Counted from the stretch's first letter, positions 39,340 to 50,797 are shown. The stretch: 64,000 nucleotides of DNA from Cyanobacteriota bacterium (GCA_046045965.1 JBJOKS010000024.1:1-64000), one strand, 5' to 3'. Notes: generated by a model from the letters alone, not told the origin. Translations and numbers: made by a program.

Positions 39340-40938
39340 TTACAACCCTGCTTGTACAGGAGTACGAGTCAGTTGTAAATCATATTCTGCGGCTTGGAGG
39401 AGCGATCGCCCTGTCATTTCTGGAGGCTGGGGTAGCTGTAAAATATCCAGAATAGTGGGAGCAATATCGGCTAATTTGCCATCATTCCGCAAATCCACAT
39501 TTGTACCATATCCAGGTATTTTGACTTTTTCCCCTTCTACCAAGATGAAGGGAACAGGGTTAGTGGTATGCGCCGTCCAAGGATTACCGTCATCATCTAG
39601 CATATACTCAGCATTGCCGTGATCAGCAGTAATAATTGCCGTCCCCCCAGCTTTGCCAATACTATCTATCAGACGACCTAAACAGCGATCCACAGTTTCA
39701 ATTGCGGTGACAGTAGCTTCTACCAGTCCTGTATGCCCTACCATGTCAGGGTTAGCATAATTCATCACCACAAGAGAGTAGATGCCCTTTTCAATTGCAG
39801 CGATCGCTACATCCGTCACTGCTTTTGCTGACATTGCCGGTTCTTTGTCATAGGTGGCCACCATCGGACTACTGACCAGTTCCCGGTCTTCTCCCTCACA
39901 AGGTTCTTCCAGTCCCCCATTAAAGAAATAGGTGACATGAGCATATTTTTCGGTTTCCGCAGTCCGAAACTGTTTGAGACCATGATTTGCAATAACTTCA
40001 CCCAGAATATTCGTCAAGTTCTGGGGAGTAAAGGCCACAGATACAGGTAATTCTGGGTCATATTGGGTAAACGTCACGAAAGACAGCGGTGTAATTTGTT
40101 GTCTTTCAAAACCCTGAAAATCAGAACTAACAAAAGCTTGAGTTAATTGTCTGGCGCGGTCGGGACGGAAATTGAAAAATATCACCCCATCTCCAGGTGC
40201 AACTGCGCCAGGAGCAATTCTAACAGGATCAATAAACTCGTCGGTTACGCCTTCAGAATAGGATGTTTGCAAGACCTCTAAGGCCGTGAGTCCATTACCA
40301 GATCCATCCTGTGCCATCACATCGTAGGCGCGTTGGACTCGATCCCAACGGCGATCGCGATCCATTGCATAATAACGACCGCTAACAGTGACTATCTGCC
40401 CTATTTCCACGCGGTCTATATAGTCTTGCAAATGCTGGATGGCTTTAATGCCATCGCTTGGTGGTGTGTCACGCCCGTCTGTAATAGCGTGAATACATAC
40501 TTGTGAAAGTTGCTGTGACTTGGCTAAGTCAAGTAGTCCAAATAGATGGGTAAGATGCGAATGTACCCCCCCGTCAGAACAAAGCCCGACTAGATGTAAC
40601 TTGCCATTTCGAGAGCGAACTTCCTGGCAAATTTTGACAAGTGCTGGGTTAGCGGCTAGAGAACCGTCTTCAACCGCATCCGAGATGCGTACCAGTTCTT
40701 GGGGAACCACACGCCCAGCGCCAATATTCAAATGACCAACTTCCGAGTTGCCCATTTGACCTTCTGGCAACCCTACGGCTTTTCCTGATGTGCGGATGAG
40801 GGTGTGGGGATAAGCTGCCCATAAACTGTCCATGATTGGAGTTTTAGCAGCCGCGATCGCGTTTCCTCGCTTGTCCTCACAGTAGCCCCATCCATCTAAA
40901 ATGACTAGCACCACAGGAGCAACAGGTGCTTTGGTCAT
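39340..40938 (-). CDS. gpmI: 2,3-bisphosphoglycerate-independent phosphoglycerate mutase
   Basis: LVILDGWG, GQMGNSEVGH, AETEKYAHVT, NPDMVGHTG, TADHGN, TAHTTNPVP. Confidence 0.97.
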   Translation of the reverse strand: MTKAPVAPVVLVILDGWGYCEDKRGNAIAAAKTPIMDSLWAAYPHTLIRTSGKAVGLPEGQMGNSEVGHLNIGAGRVVPQELVRISDAVEDGSLAANPALVKICQEVRSRNGKLHLVGLCSDGGVHSHLTHLFGLLDLAKSQQLSQVCIHAITDGRDTPPSDGIKAIQHLQDYIDRVEIGQIVTVSGRYYAMDRDRRWDRVQRAYDVMAQDGSGNGLTALEVLQTSYSEGVTDEFIDPVRIAPGAVAPGDGVIFFNFRPDRARQLTQAFVSSDFQGFERQQITPLSFVTFTQYDPELPVSVAFTPQNLTNILGEVIANHGLKQFRTAETEKYAHVTYFFNGGLEEPCEGEDRELVSSPMVATYDKEPAMSAKAVTDVAIAAIEKGIYSLVVMNYANPDMVGHTGLVEATVTAIETVDRCLGRLIDSIGKAGGTAIITADHGNAEYMLDDDGNPWTAHTTNPVPFILVEGEKVKIPGYGTNVDLRNDGKLADIAPTILDILQLPQPPEMTGRSLLQAAEYDLQLTRTPVQAGL

Positions 40939-41068
40939 AGTAAAATTGCCCTTTACTTTTTGTAATAACCGAATGATACCACTACTAACCGCTAGTTGAA
41001 GAAAGAAGTTGGAGAATATAGGAGTTACAGGAGTTCAGAATAACCAAACAAAAATTTAATCTATCAAA

Positions 41069-41110
41069 ATCCTGTAAATCCTTAAATCCTGGATATCCTG
41101 ATGCTGACAA
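41069..41110. repeat. Solo right-type arm of the 42-bp nonamer element
   Basis: ATCCTGTAAATCCTTAAATCCTGGATATCCTGATGCTGACAA, near-identical to 36058-36099. Confidence 0.85.
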
Positions 41111-41269
41111 AAATTACCATTATTTATTAACTAATATCAAAATGTGTGTTTTTTTACGTCTTATAGGGTGATTTCATTGAAAGCTGGGTAAAATAATAAA
41201 TATAGATAGGTCATGACCAACCTATAGAGAAATATCTAGAAAAAACAAAATATCAGGAGGTCAACAGTT

Positions 41270-44200
41270 ATGATAAATACAACTGTTGTCTTTATTGACT
41301 CCTCTGTCACCGACTATGAAACCCTACAGATCGGAGTTGTGAAGGGTGTAGAAACAAGCATCCTTAACCCAAATCAAAACGGTATCCAACAAATTACCCA
41401 GGTTTTACAACAGCATCCCCAGGTTAACACCATTCACATCGTTTCACATGGTTCTCCCGGATGTTTATATTTAGGCAATAGTAAACTTAATTTAGAAAAT
41501 TTACAGGTTTATAAACCACTTATTGCCCATTGGAACGTTAAAAATATTATTCTCTATGGTTGTAATCTAGCTGCTGGTGATGCTGGTTCAGAATTTATTG
41601 CCAAATTACATCAAATCACAAAAGCGAAAATTGCCGCTTCAACCCAAAAGGTAGGAAATACAGCTTTAGGAGGAAATTGGGAATTACAGAACTTCCACGC
41701 TGCGGGAGATCAAACCCTCGCTTTTCATGCTGAAACTCTAGCAGCCTATCAAGGATTATTTGTACCTACATTAGTGGGACAATGGGATGCTCTAAGTTAT
41801 GCAAATGCTGTGACAGTTGCGGGTAATTACGCCTATGCTGTGGGAGATAAACTGGAAATAATTGATATTAGTAACTCCAGTAACCCGGTTGTTAAAAGCA
41901 GTTATGATATTACTAACGGTCAGAGTATACAAGTAGTTGGTAACTACGCTTATATAGCTGATGGAGACTCAGGACTGCAAATTATAGACATCAGTAACCC
42001 CATTGCCCCCATCTTCATAGCGAATTATGATACATCAGGCTTCGCTAATCGTGTGCAAGTAGTTAATAACTATGCTTATGTAGCTGACGATAGTTCAGGA
42101 CTGCAAATTATAGATATCACAAATCCGATTTCTCCCACTCTCAAGGGGTATTATGAAACATCAGGACGAGCTTACAGTGTACAGATAGTAGGCAGTTACG
42201 CTTATGTTGCTAATTATTATTACGGACTGGAAATTATCAACATTAGCAACCCTGCAAACCCCATCCTCAAAGGTAGTTATAGCACAGACGGCTATACTTA
42301 TGGTGTGCAAGTAGTAGGTAGCTACGCTTATCTAGCTAAATCATCAGGATTGGAAATCATCAACATTAGCAACCCCGCAAACCCAACCTTTAAAGGTTAT
42401 TACAATGATTCATCGGGTGATGCTTATAGTTTACAAGTAGTAGGTAGCTACGCTTATCTAACTAATTATTATACCGGACTGCAAATCATCAACATCAGTA
42501 ACCCTGCTTTACCTACTTTTAAGGGCAGTTATAATACATCAGGCCATCCTGTCGGTGTACAAATAGTAGGCAGTTATGCTTATGTAGCTGATGGAGATTC
42601 AGGATTACAAATCATCAACATTAGTACCCCCACTTCCCCTACCCTCATAGGAAATTATGATCCATCAGGCAATGCTAAGGGTGTGCAAGCATTAGGCAAT
42701 TACGCTTATGTAGCAGAGGGAGATAAAGGACTGCAAATTATAGACATCAGCAACCCTAGCAACCTCATCAAGGTCGGGAATTATGATACTTCAGGGATTG
42801 CCTCCTCTGTACAAGTAGTTGGTAACTACGCTTATGTAGCTGATGGAGAATCAGGACTAGAAATAATTGACATTAGTAACCCTACAAATCCTACTTTCAT
42901 AGGTAATTATGTTAGATCCCACTATAGTGGTTTTCAAACGGGTGGAGTGCAAGTAGTAGGTGACTATGCTTATGCTGCTAATGGCTTGTTAGGACTGGAA
43001 ATTATTGACATCAGCAACCCTGCTTACCCCTATCAAATAGGATCTTGTAATACCTTTGCATTAGCCAGGTCTGTACAAGTAGTTGGTAACTATGCCTATG
43101 TAGCTAATGACCTACGCGGATTGAAAATTATAGATATCACTAACCCCTCTTCTCCCATCAGCAAAGGTAATTATCAGACTTCTGGCTATGCTTATGGTGT
43201 GAATGTAGTAGGTAACTACGCTTATGTCGCTACTGGTGATGGGCTGGAAATTATCAACATTAGTAACCCATCTGCCCCAACTCTCAAGGGTATTTATGAT
43301 ACATCAGGTTTCGCTAATGCCGTGCAAGTAATAGGCAAATACGCTTATGTCGCTGATGGAGATTCAGGATTACAAATCATCAATGTTAGTAACCCTGCTG
43401 CCCCCGTACTCATGGCAAATTATGATACAGCAGGTTTTGCTAATAGTGTGAATGTATTAGGCAACTATGCTTATGTGGCTGATGATTCAGGTGGCTTAAA
43501 GATTATTGATGTCAGTCAGTATGTCAATCTTCCACAAAACGTCATCATAGGCACAGCCGCTAACAATACCCTCAATGGTACAGCCAACGCAGATAGGATT
43601 GAAGGCTTAGATGGTGCTGATAAACTCTACGGTTTAGCCGACAATGATGATTTATACGGTGGTAATGGTAATGATACCCTGGATGGTGGTACAGGTACAG
43701 ATACCATGACTGGTGGTGCTGGTAATGATTCCTACTATGTGGATAATGTAGGAGACAGCATCACAGAAAACCTTAATGAAGGAACTGATACTGTTTTCAG
43801 CACTATCACCTATACATTAGGCAATAACCTAGAAAACCTCACATTAAAAGGTACATCTGCCATTAATGGTACTGGTAACGACCTGGCTAATAAGATTACA
43901 GGAAATAGTGCCGCTAATACTCTCACTAGTGCTAATGGTAATGATACCCTCAATGGTGGTTTAGGTACAGATACCATGACGGGTGGTGCTGGTAATGATT
44001 CCTACTATGTGGACAATCTAGGAGATAGTATCACCGAAGCTGCTAGTGCGGGAACGGATACAGTTTTCAGCACTCTTAGTTACACCTTGGGAAATAACCT
44101 AGAAAACCTCACCTTACAAGGAACTTCAGCCATTAATGCTACTGGTAATAGTTTAAATAATACTCTCACAGGTAATGCCGCAGCTAATATTCTCACAGGT

Positions 44201-44569
44201 TACGCAGGTGTAGATACCATTAATGCTAATGCTGGTGCTGATACTTTGATAGGTGGACTTGGTAACGATAAACTCAACTTGGGTTTAAATGATGCGGTTG
44301 TAGATATCGTTAAATATACCTCTGGAGATGGTGCAGATACTATTACTCAGTTTGTGCGTGGTGTAGGTGGTGATCAAATCCAGTTTACAGGTATTACCAA
44401 TATAGATGTATTCACATCAGGCACAAGTACACAACTGCGAGTTAGTGATGGGATCACGGGAAATAGTTTTGGTACAGGTACGTTATTAGCTACTGTATCA
44501 GGAGTAACTGGTTTTATTGCGGCGGATGTGAATGTTAATCTGTTTGGTGCTAATTTCTTTTTTAGTTAA
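41270..44569 (+). CDS. Secreted surface protein: DUF4347, 14 LVIVD repeats, RTX repeats
   Basis: [27 protein letters not shown] (DUF4347); 14 YAY...GL(Q/E)IIDISNP units of about 42 aa; GGxGxD repeats with a 270-bp internal duplication; RBS AGGAGG. Confidence 0.9.
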   Translation: MINTTVVFIDSSVTDYETLQIGVVKGVETSILNPNQNGIQQITQVLQQHPQVNTIHIVSHGSPGCLYLGNSKLNLENLQVYKPLIAHWNVKNIILYGCNLAAGDAGSEFIAKLHQITKAKIAASTQKVGNTALGGNWELQNFHAAGDQTLAFHAETLAAYQGLFVPTLVGQWDALSYANAVTVAGNYAYAVGDKLEIIDISNSSNPVVKSSYDITNGQSIQVVGNYAYIADGDSGLQIIDISNPIAPIFIANYDTSGFANRVQVVNNYAYVADDSSGLQIIDITNPISPTLKGYYETSGRAYSVQIVGSYAYVANYYYGLEIINISNPANPILKGSYSTDGYTYGVQVVGSYAYLAKSSGLEIINISNPANPTFKGYYNDSSGDAYSLQVVGSYAYLTNYYTGLQIINISNPALPTFKGSYNTSGHPVGVQIVGSYAYVADGDSGLQIINISTPTSPTLIGNYDPSGNAKGVQALGNYAYVAEGDKGLQIIDISNPSNLIKVGNYDTSGIASSVQVVGNYAYVADGESGLEIIDISNPTNPTFIGNYVRSHYSGFQTGGVQVVGDYAYAANGLLGLEIIDISNPAYPYQIGSCNTFALARSVQVVGNYAYVANDLRGLKIIDITNPSSPISKGNYQTSGYAYGVNVVGNYAYVATGDGLEIINISNPSAPTLKGIYDTSGFANAVQVIGKYAYVADGDSGLQIINVSNPAAPVLMANYDTAGFANSVNVLGNYAYVADDSGGLKIIDVSQYVNLPQNVIIGTAANNTLNGTANADRIEGLDGADKLYGLADNDDLYGGNGNDTLDGGTGTDTMTGGAGNDSYYVDNVGDSITENLNEGTDTVFSTITYTLGNNLENLTLKGTSAINGTGNDLANKITGNSAANTLTSANGNDTLNGGLGTDTMTGGAGNDSYYVDNLGDSITEAASAGTDTVFSTLSYTLGNNLENLTLQGTSAINATGNSLNNTLTGNAAANILTGYAGVDTINANAGADTLIGGLGNDKLNLGLNDAVVDIVKYTSGDGADTITQFVRGVGGDQIQFTGITNIDVFTSGTSTQLRVSDGITGNSFGTGTLLATVSGVTGFIAADVNVNLFGANFFFS

Positions 44570-44616
44570 TTAGCTTACGAACTTATATAGATATAATTCA
44601 GCCCAAATGATTTATT

Positions 44617-44819
44617 TTGTCTGAATCAGGATATCCAGGATTAAAGGATTGACAGGATGTGATTTTTAAATTTCTGTTTTTCCTTTGCGTCTACCCTGCG
44701 GGATCTCCTGACGGAGATTGCGTGATATATTATCTTATCTTTAAATTCTGATAAGAACAGAAAATTACACAATAACAATCCTGAAAATCCTCAAATCTTG
44801 GACATCCTGATTCAGACAA
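44617..44819. mobile_element. Second MITE-like element with 42-bp nonamer inverted arms, containing an SDR-like insert
   Basis: Arms at 44617-44658 and 44778-44819 match the 35842/36058 arms. The interior differs and contains CTACCCTGCGGGA-TCTCC-TGAC-GGAGA (44691-44717). Confidence 0.8.
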
Positions 44820-44822
44820 AAA

Positions 44823-44851
44823 AATCCCCAACTTATTAATAGTTGAGGATT
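44823..44851. terminator. Palindrome between convergent genes, likely bidirectional terminator
   Basis: AATCCCCAACT-TATTAAT-AGTTGAGGATT. Confidence 0.55.
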
Positions 44852-44878
44852 GCTAAGTATTAGTTTTTAAAAACCAAC

Positions 44879-46573
44879 CTACTTCTTCTTTGCTGTCGCT
44901 TTTGCTGCTTTCGCGGCTTTCTTCGCGGCTTTCTCTGCTTCTATTGCTGCCAACTTAGCTTGTTCTTTCTCTTCCTCAATTTTACTCAAATAGTAATGAT
45001 AATCTCCCAAATAAACCCGAAATTCTCCATCCCGAATTTCCACGATTTTGTTAGCTATTTGAGAGATAAAATAACGGTCATGGGAAACTACAATGGCTGT
45101 ACCATCATAATTTTGTAACGCCTCTTCCATCATTTCCTTAGCAGGAATATCTAAGTGATTGGTAGGCTCATCTAAAATGATTAAATTCGCTGGACGCAAC
45201 AGCATTTTTGCTAATGCTAAACGAGCTTTTTCTCCTCCGCTTAACGCCCCAACTTTCTTAAATACTGTGTCACCAGTAAATAAAAATCGTCCTAAAAGTG
45301 TGCGGACTTCTTCGTTTGTCCAGTCGGGAACTTCATCATGAATTGTTTCCATGACGGTTTTGTTTAAGTCCAAAGCTTCTGCTTGGTTCTGCTCAAAGTA
45401 ACCAGGGATAACATTATGATCTCCCAGTTTCACAGTTCCTTCTGTTGCTGGTTCTACACCCATAATCATTTTTAACAGTGTAGATTTTCCTGCACCGTTG
45501 GGACCTAAAAAGGCGATTCTATCACCTCTTTCAATCAGCAAATTAGCACCTAAAAAGAGAATTTTATCTCCATAAACATGAGTTAAATCTTTAATTTCCA
45601 CTACTTCCCGGCCGCTGCGAGGTGCGGGAGGGAAACGAAAATGCAGTGTTCTTACTCCGGCAATTGGTGCTTCGATTCTTTCAATTTTATCTAATTGCTT
45701 TTCTCTGCTTTTCGCTTGGGTACTACGGGTGGCACTAGCACGGAATTTATCTACAAACGCCTGTTGCTTTTCTAATTCTTTTTGTTGGCGTTCAAAAGCG
45801 TTAAGTTGTGCAGATTGATTTTCCGCTTTTTGTTGTAAGTAAGAAGAGTAATTACCAAGGTATGTACTAGAAACACCACGTTCAGTTTCTACAATTTGTG
45901 TGCAGAGACGATCAAGAAATTCCCGGTCATGGGAAACTATCACCATTGGGGTAATTAATCCTCTCAGATAATTTTCTAACCACTCAATGGTTTCTAAGTC
46001 TAAGTGGTTTGTCGGTTCGTCCAGAAGTAACAAATCTGGCTTTTGTAGCAAGATTTTACCTAAACTCATCCGCATTTGCCAACCACCAGAAAAGGCACTC
46101 ACCAGGCGATCGCCATCTTCTACTTGAAAGCCCATCTCTGGTAAAATCTTACCAATGCGAGCATCTAAGCCATATCCGTCTAAAGCTTCAAACTGACGTT
46201 GTAATTTATCTAACTTGTTGATCAGTTTATCTAATTCCTCTGGTGTAGCGGTTTCCATATCCCGCTGTACCTCATGCAAAGCTAATTGTACTGCATTAGC
46301 TTCTTTAAAAACTGTCCAAAATTCTTCATTAACGGTGCGGGTTGGATCTACTTCAAACTCTTGGTTCAGGTAGGCTATGTGCAGGCTGTTAGGGCGGATA
46401 ATTTGCCCGGAAGTGGGTTCCATTTCCCCAGAGATGATTTTCAGTTGGGTGGACTTTCCCGCACCGTTAACGCCGACTAAGCCAATGCGATCGCCTGGTT
46501 TAACTTCCCAGTTGATATCTTTGAGAACTTCGCCTGTAGGATAAATTTTACTGATATGTTCAAGTCTCAACAT
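44879..46573 (-). CDS. ABC-F family ATP-binding protein (ribosome-associated, YheS/Uup-like)
   Basis: Two NBDs (GVNGAGKST, FSGGW, LDEPTNHLD; GPNGAGKST, LSGGEK); no TM domain. Confidence 0.93.
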   Translation of the reverse strand: MLRLEHISKIYPTGEVLKDINWEVKPGDRIGLVGVNGAGKSTQLKIISGEMEPTSGQIIRPNSLHIAYLNQEFEVDPTRTVNEEFWTVFKEANAVQLALHEVQRDMETATPEELDKLINKLDKLQRQFEALDGYGLDARIGKILPEMGFQVEDGDRLVSAFSGGWQMRMSLGKILLQKPDLLLLDEPTNHLDLETIEWLENYLRGLITPMVIVSHDREFLDRLCTQIVETERGVSSTYLGNYSSYLQQKAENQSAQLNAFERQQKELEKQQAFVDKFRASATRSTQAKSREKQLDKIERIEAPIAGVRTLHFRFPPAPRSGREVVEIKDLTHVYGDKILFLGANLLIERGDRIAFLGPNGAGKSTLLKMIMGVEPATEGTVKLGDHNVIPGYFEQNQAEALDLNKTVMETIHDEVPDWTNEEVRTLLGRFLFTGDTVFKKVGALSGGEKARLALAKMLLRPANLIILDEPTNHLDIPAKEMMEEALQNYDGTAIVVSHDRYFISQIANKIVEIRDGEFRVYLGDYHYYLSKIEEEKEQAKLAAIEAEKAAKKAAKAAKATAKKK

Positions 46574-47173
46574 GAAGTCTGTCTCAGGTAGGGGATAGGT
46601 ATTTAGGGAGGAACAGCTAACGCCATCTCCTATCTTAACAAAATTTAACTACATATTTACATAAAATAATGGTGCAGGGTGTAGACGAACAAGAAGAGGG
46701 CAAGAGGCTGCAAGGTATTTAACAGTAAGCTCCTGTCACTGCCTTCTCATTCCTGTACAGCCGTTTCGGTGCAACGTCTCTACTCCTGAATTCTTTCTTG
46801 ATAAAACATCGCAACTCTAAAAACTCTTCAAGTATAAAGTTTAAATTTAAATGTTTAGCACAAATTAAGCTAGATTTTGAGCTATTTTTAGAGCATATTT
46901 ATTAACACTATTGCCAACCAAAAAATCCAGAAAACTACCAAATTTGTGAACAAGTCGGGGATATTTTTGTTCATGAATGATTTAGGCTTTCTGTGTACAG
47001 ATAGTCTTTTCGCTGACGGCTGTTAGCTGATAGCTGTTAACTTTGTGTCCATTAACAATAATTAACATCAAAAACGAATAGAATACACCTGTATTGTGTC
47101 TAACCAGGTTGACATTTTGCCATCCTTTAAAGAATCATCTTAGGGAACCCGGATAGTCTATTGAGGGTAAACT

Positions 47174-49393
47174 ATGCACACAGTTATTCTAGTCCTGGTT
47201 GAAGTGTTGATTGTGATGGGAATGTCACGGCTAGTAGGATTGGCATTTAAATCAATTAAGCAACCACTGGTCATTGGTGAGATTTTCGCTGGTATCATGT
47301 TGGGACCATCATTATTTGGTTTAATTGCTCCCCATGCAGCAGCTACCCTGTTTCCACCAGAAACTGTTCCTTTCCTGAATGTTTTATCTCAGGTAGGACT
47401 AATATTTTTCATGTTTTTAATTGGGTTAGAGCTAAATCCGAAATATCTCAGCGGTAACTTACAAGCAGCAATTCTGACTTCTAATATCAGCATTATTGTT
47501 CCTTTTTCTCTGGCAACAATTTTATCTTTGCTGCTTTATCCTCTAGTTTCTAATGTCAATGTCTCTTTTACTGCATTCGCCTTATTTTTGGGTGCAGCAA
47601 TGTCAATTACAGCCTTTCCTGTATTAGCGCGAATTATCACTGAAAATAATTTACAGGGAACACGTTTAGGGACATTAGCTTTAACTTGCGCCGCCGTTGA
47701 TGATGTCACAGCATGGTGCATTTTAGCAGTAGCGATCGCTGTTGCTCGTCATGGTAGCATCGATCAAAAAGCTATCCTCACCATTTTTGAAAGCCTCATC
47801 TACATTGGTTTTATGTTCACCGTCGGGCGTTGGTTTCTCAAACGCCTCATTACCCATTATCGCCGCACTGGACGGTTAAGCCAATTTGTTCTGGCCTTGA
47901 TTTATATGGGAGTTATGGCTTCTGCTCTCATTACTGAATTTATCGGTATTCACCTAATTTTCGGCGCATTTTTATTAGGCGCAGTTATGCCCAAAAATGC
48001 AGAATTAGTCAGAGAAATAGCAGTCAAAACTGAAGATTTTGTCTTAATTTTCCTGTTACCTGTGTTTTTTGCCCACAGTGGTTTAAGGACACAAATTGGT
48101 TTACTCAACCGTCCTGAATTATGGCTATTGTGTGCATTAGTTTTAGGAGTAGCGATCGCAGGTAAGTATTTTGGTACTTATGTCGCAGCCCGTCTCAGTG
48201 GCATTAACAAACGCGAAGCTTCCGCGCTCGGTTGGTTAATGAATACTCGTGGTTTAACAGAATTAATTGTTTTGAATATTGGTTTAGAGTTGGGTGTAAT
48301 TTCACCTTTGCTATTTACGATGCTGGTAGTTATGGCCTTGGTGACAACATTTATGACCTCACCATTACTAGAATGGACATATCCGAAACGTTTAATCAAA
48401 TTAGATACAGTAGAATCAAAACCTGAACAGGAAACAGAGACAGATACAGATACAGATACAGATACAGAGGTGATAGAAGGTATTGAATCTTTCGTTACCT
48501 CCTACCGCATTTTAGTCCCCGTAGCTAACCCCAGCACTCAAAAAGGTTTGCTACATCTAGCAGTAGCCATAGCTCTCAACTATCGACAACCTGCTGTTAT
48601 CAATCCTCTTAGCTTAATTGAATTAGAAGAAAACTACGGTTTTGAAAGTACCCCAACAGAAGCTAACCGATTAATAGCCGAGCGTCGTCAACAACTAGAA
48701 GAATTAATTGATACCTTAGAACCGCCAATTATTCGCTCTTATATCCATCCTATTGTCCGCATATCCAGCAATGTCGCTAGAGAAACAGCCCAAATTGCCC
48801 AAATTGAACAACCAGACTTAATTCTCGTGGGATGGCATCGTCCAGCTTTTAGTAATAATCGCTTAGGTGGCAGAGTTGGGCAAATTCTCACCACCGCACC
48901 AGTAGATGTGGCTGTATTTGTAGATAGAGGAGGCGATCGCCTAGAAAGTTTGCTAGTTCCTTACTCCGCAAATATTCATGATGATTTAGCTCTGATCCTC
49001 GCCCTGCGACTACTCATCAACCGTGATACTTGTATGTTGCAGATTTTACAAGTTTTAACAGGAAATCACAACCAAGATGAATTAAGTTATGAACTAGACA
49101 GGATGATTGATCAACTACCAATTAGTGTACGCGATCGCATAGAAATCAAAATTGTAGCCGCTCCAGAACCCATGCAAGCCGTAGTTGCAGCCTCAGAAAA
49201 TGTTGACTTAACTATTGCTGGTACTAGTCGCGTTTGGGGTATTGAAAGACAAACTCTAGGACGATACACAGATGAACTAGCTATTCAATGTCGTTCTTCT
49301 CTACTCATCACCCGTCGTTACAGTCAAGTTACCTCTCATCTCAGTTCTCTGCTAACCGAAGTTCACCACCAAGAAATAATTCATAATTCGTAA
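47174..49393 (+). CDS. CPA2 cation:proton antiporter with C-terminal USP-like domains
   Basis: QPLVIGEI.AGI.LGPS, SITAFPVLARI, AAVDD, MNTRGLTEL, ILVPVANP. Confidence 0.92.
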   Translation: MHTVILVLVEVLIVMGMSRLVGLAFKSIKQPLVIGEIFAGIMLGPSLFGLIAPHAAATLFPPETVPFLNVLSQVGLIFFMFLIGLELNPKYLSGNLQAAILTSNISIIVPFSLATILSLLLYPLVSNVNVSFTAFALFLGAAMSITAFPVLARIITENNLQGTRLGTLALTCAAVDDVTAWCILAVAIAVARHGSIDQKAILTIFESLIYIGFMFTVGRWFLKRLITHYRRTGRLSQFVLALIYMGVMASALITEFIGIHLIFGAFLLGAVMPKNAELVREIAVKTEDFVLIFLLPVFFAHSGLRTQIGLLNRPELWLLCALVLGVAIAGKYFGTYVAARLSGINKREASALGWLMNTRGLTELIVLNIGLELGVISPLLFTMLVVMALVTTFMTSPLLEWTYPKRLIKLDTVESKPEQETETDTDTDTDTEVIEGIESFVTSYRILVPVANPSTQKGLLHLAVAIALNYRQPAVINPLSLIELEENYGFESTPTEANRLIAERRQQLEELIDTLEPPIIRSYIHPIVRISSNVARETAQIAQIEQPDLILVGWHRPAFSNNRLGGRVGQILTTAPVDVAVFVDRGGDRLESLLVPYSANIHDDLALILALRLLINRDTCMLQILQVLTGNHNQDELSYELDRMIDQLPISVRDRIEIKIVAAPEPMQAVVAASENVDLTIAGTSRVWGIERQTLGRYTDELAIQCRSSLLITRRYSQVTSHLSSLLTEVHHQEIIHNS
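48433..48467 (+). repeat. In-frame hexamer microsatellite
   Basis: ACAGAG-(ACAGAT)x4-ACAGA, encoding TETDTDTDTDTE. Confidence 0.85.
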
Positions 49394-49416
49394 TTCCTAA
49401 TTAGCAATCATCAATC

Positions 49417-49926
49417 ATGAACAACTTCAACTTCAAATCTTTAGCAATTTCTGGAGTTGCGATCGCATCAGTTCTCATTTTATTCAGAAATGTCACCGCT
49501 TATGGTGAAAATCATCTCCGTTCTACCAATCTCATTCATAACCGTTATCATCTCACCCTAACCCAAAAATTACCAAACTGTGAAAAAGCCAACACATTAA
49601 TTTTCAATATTCAACAATCTGGTATTTATCTCAACGCCTCTTTATTCCCAGTAAACACCAATACAGATACAAAAAAACAGCTTACTCTCACAGGTATTTT
49701 ACAAAATCAACAACTAGAATTATCGGGAAAAATTGACAGTTCAATCTTCTGTCAAACTCCCTCTGTCCAAAATAGTCAACTTCAACCAATTACAATTCAA
49801 ATGTCACAATTGAATCAAGAAAATATTCCCGGTCAAATAAAAATTAACACCATTCCCACAACTTTAAAATTTACCGCTTTACCCCAAACAAACCAAAAAG
49901 CAACACCCCAATCACAAAGCCATTAA
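49417..49926 (+). CDS. Hypothetical exported/membrane-anchored protein
   Basis: N-terminal hydrophobic helix; IQQSGIYLNA; co-oriented with the antiporter. Confidence 0.7.
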   Translation: MNNFNFKSLAISGVAIASVLILFRNVTAYGENHLRSTNLIHNRYHLTLTQKLPNCEKANTLIFNIQQSGIYLNASLFPVNTNTDTKKQLTLTGILQNQQLELSGKIDSSIFCQTPSVQNSQLQPITIQMSQLNQENIPGQIKINTIPTTLKFTALPQTNQKATPQSQSH

Positions 49927-49929
49927 AAC

Positions 49930-50679
49930 ATGAAAAATCAACTTATAACCAGGAAAATTTACCTTTCAAATCTTTTGAGATTTAGCTTATTTGGCTTATG
50001 TTCCGCAATTTCTCTCAATACTTGCATTAGTCTTGCAGTTAGCAAATTAGCAACACTAAATAAATGGCAGCTTAACCCCAAATCGCAGCAACTAGAAATC
50101 ACTCTATCCTCAAATACAAAACCTGAATATTTCTACCTTAATCAACCCCCGCGCTTAGTTGTAGATTTACCTAACACCCAATTAGGCAAAGTTGACACTC
50201 AAAAAAGCTATTCTGGAACAATCCAGAAAATTCGCGTTTCCCAATTTAGCCCTCACATCACCCGCATCGTCATTGATTTAAAACCAGGAACCTTTGTCGA
50301 TGTCAACCAGGTAAAACTTCAACCCAGTTCCCCAAAAAATCCCACGCGCTGGGTTTTACGCCCTATATTTTCCCATAATAGCACCTCTTCAACCAATCAG
50401 CCATCCCCAGACCCTTTGATGACTCTGCCACCACCAGCCACCAATTTACCCTCCAACCAACAACCTTTTGTAATTGCACCACCCCTTAATTCTCAAAACC
50501 CTTCTCAACCATCCAACTTGATGATTATCCCAGATAATTCTCCCAATTCTTCAGAGAATCTCAATATCATTACAGTCCCTAATTCTTTACCCACTGTTCC
50601 TAATTCCCAGAATTCTACCAATCAAATTCTTAATATTCCTATAATTGAATTTGGTCAACCATTACCCATCACTAAATAA
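49930..50679 (+). CDS. AMIN domain protein with Pro/Asn-rich tail
   Basis: Signal-like N-terminus; PPRLVVDLP...IRVSQF....RIVIDL. Confidence 0.85.
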   Translation: MKNQLITRKIYLSNLLRFSLFGLCSAISLNTCISLAVSKLATLNKWQLNPKSQQLEITLSSNTKPEYFYLNQPPRLVVDLPNTQLGKVDTQKSYSGTIQKIRVSQFSPHITRIVIDLKPGTFVDVNQVKLQPSSPKNPTRWVLRPIFSHNSTSSTNQPSPDPLMTLPPPATNLPSNQQPFVIAPPLNSQNPSQPSNLMIIPDNSPNSSENLNIITVPNSLPTVPNSQNSTNQILNIPIIEFGQPLPITK

Positions 50680-50747
50680 AAAGTCAACAGTCAACAGTCA
50701 AAATTGGAAATAGGGAATATTCATCTTTCTTCTACCTCCTGATTACT

Positions 50748-50772
50748 GTACGGGCGAACGGCCGTTCGCCCC
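50748..50772. repeat. GC-rich palindrome inserted in CTCCTGA heptamers
   Basis: GTAC-GGGCGAACG-GC-CGTTCGCCC flanked by CTCCTGA units. Confidence 0.7.
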
Positions 50773-50797
50773 TCCTGACTCCTAAATTCTTACATTT

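Noticed and set aside
39128..39455. ORFs 39128-39310 and 39264-39455
   Set aside because: They are translations of tandem and short dispersed repeats (ICVHLRSSAF, MAYATLRYR), not credible genes.
41209..41218. GGTCATGACC palindrome upstream of the LVIVD gene as an operator
   Set aside because: Single 10-bp palindrome with no second copy or cognate regulator nearby; could be chance.
41760..44200. LVIVD/RTX internal repeats as a DGR template/variable pair
   Set aside because: Differences are not adenine-specific, the repeats are in-frame protein repeats, and there is no reverse transcriptase.
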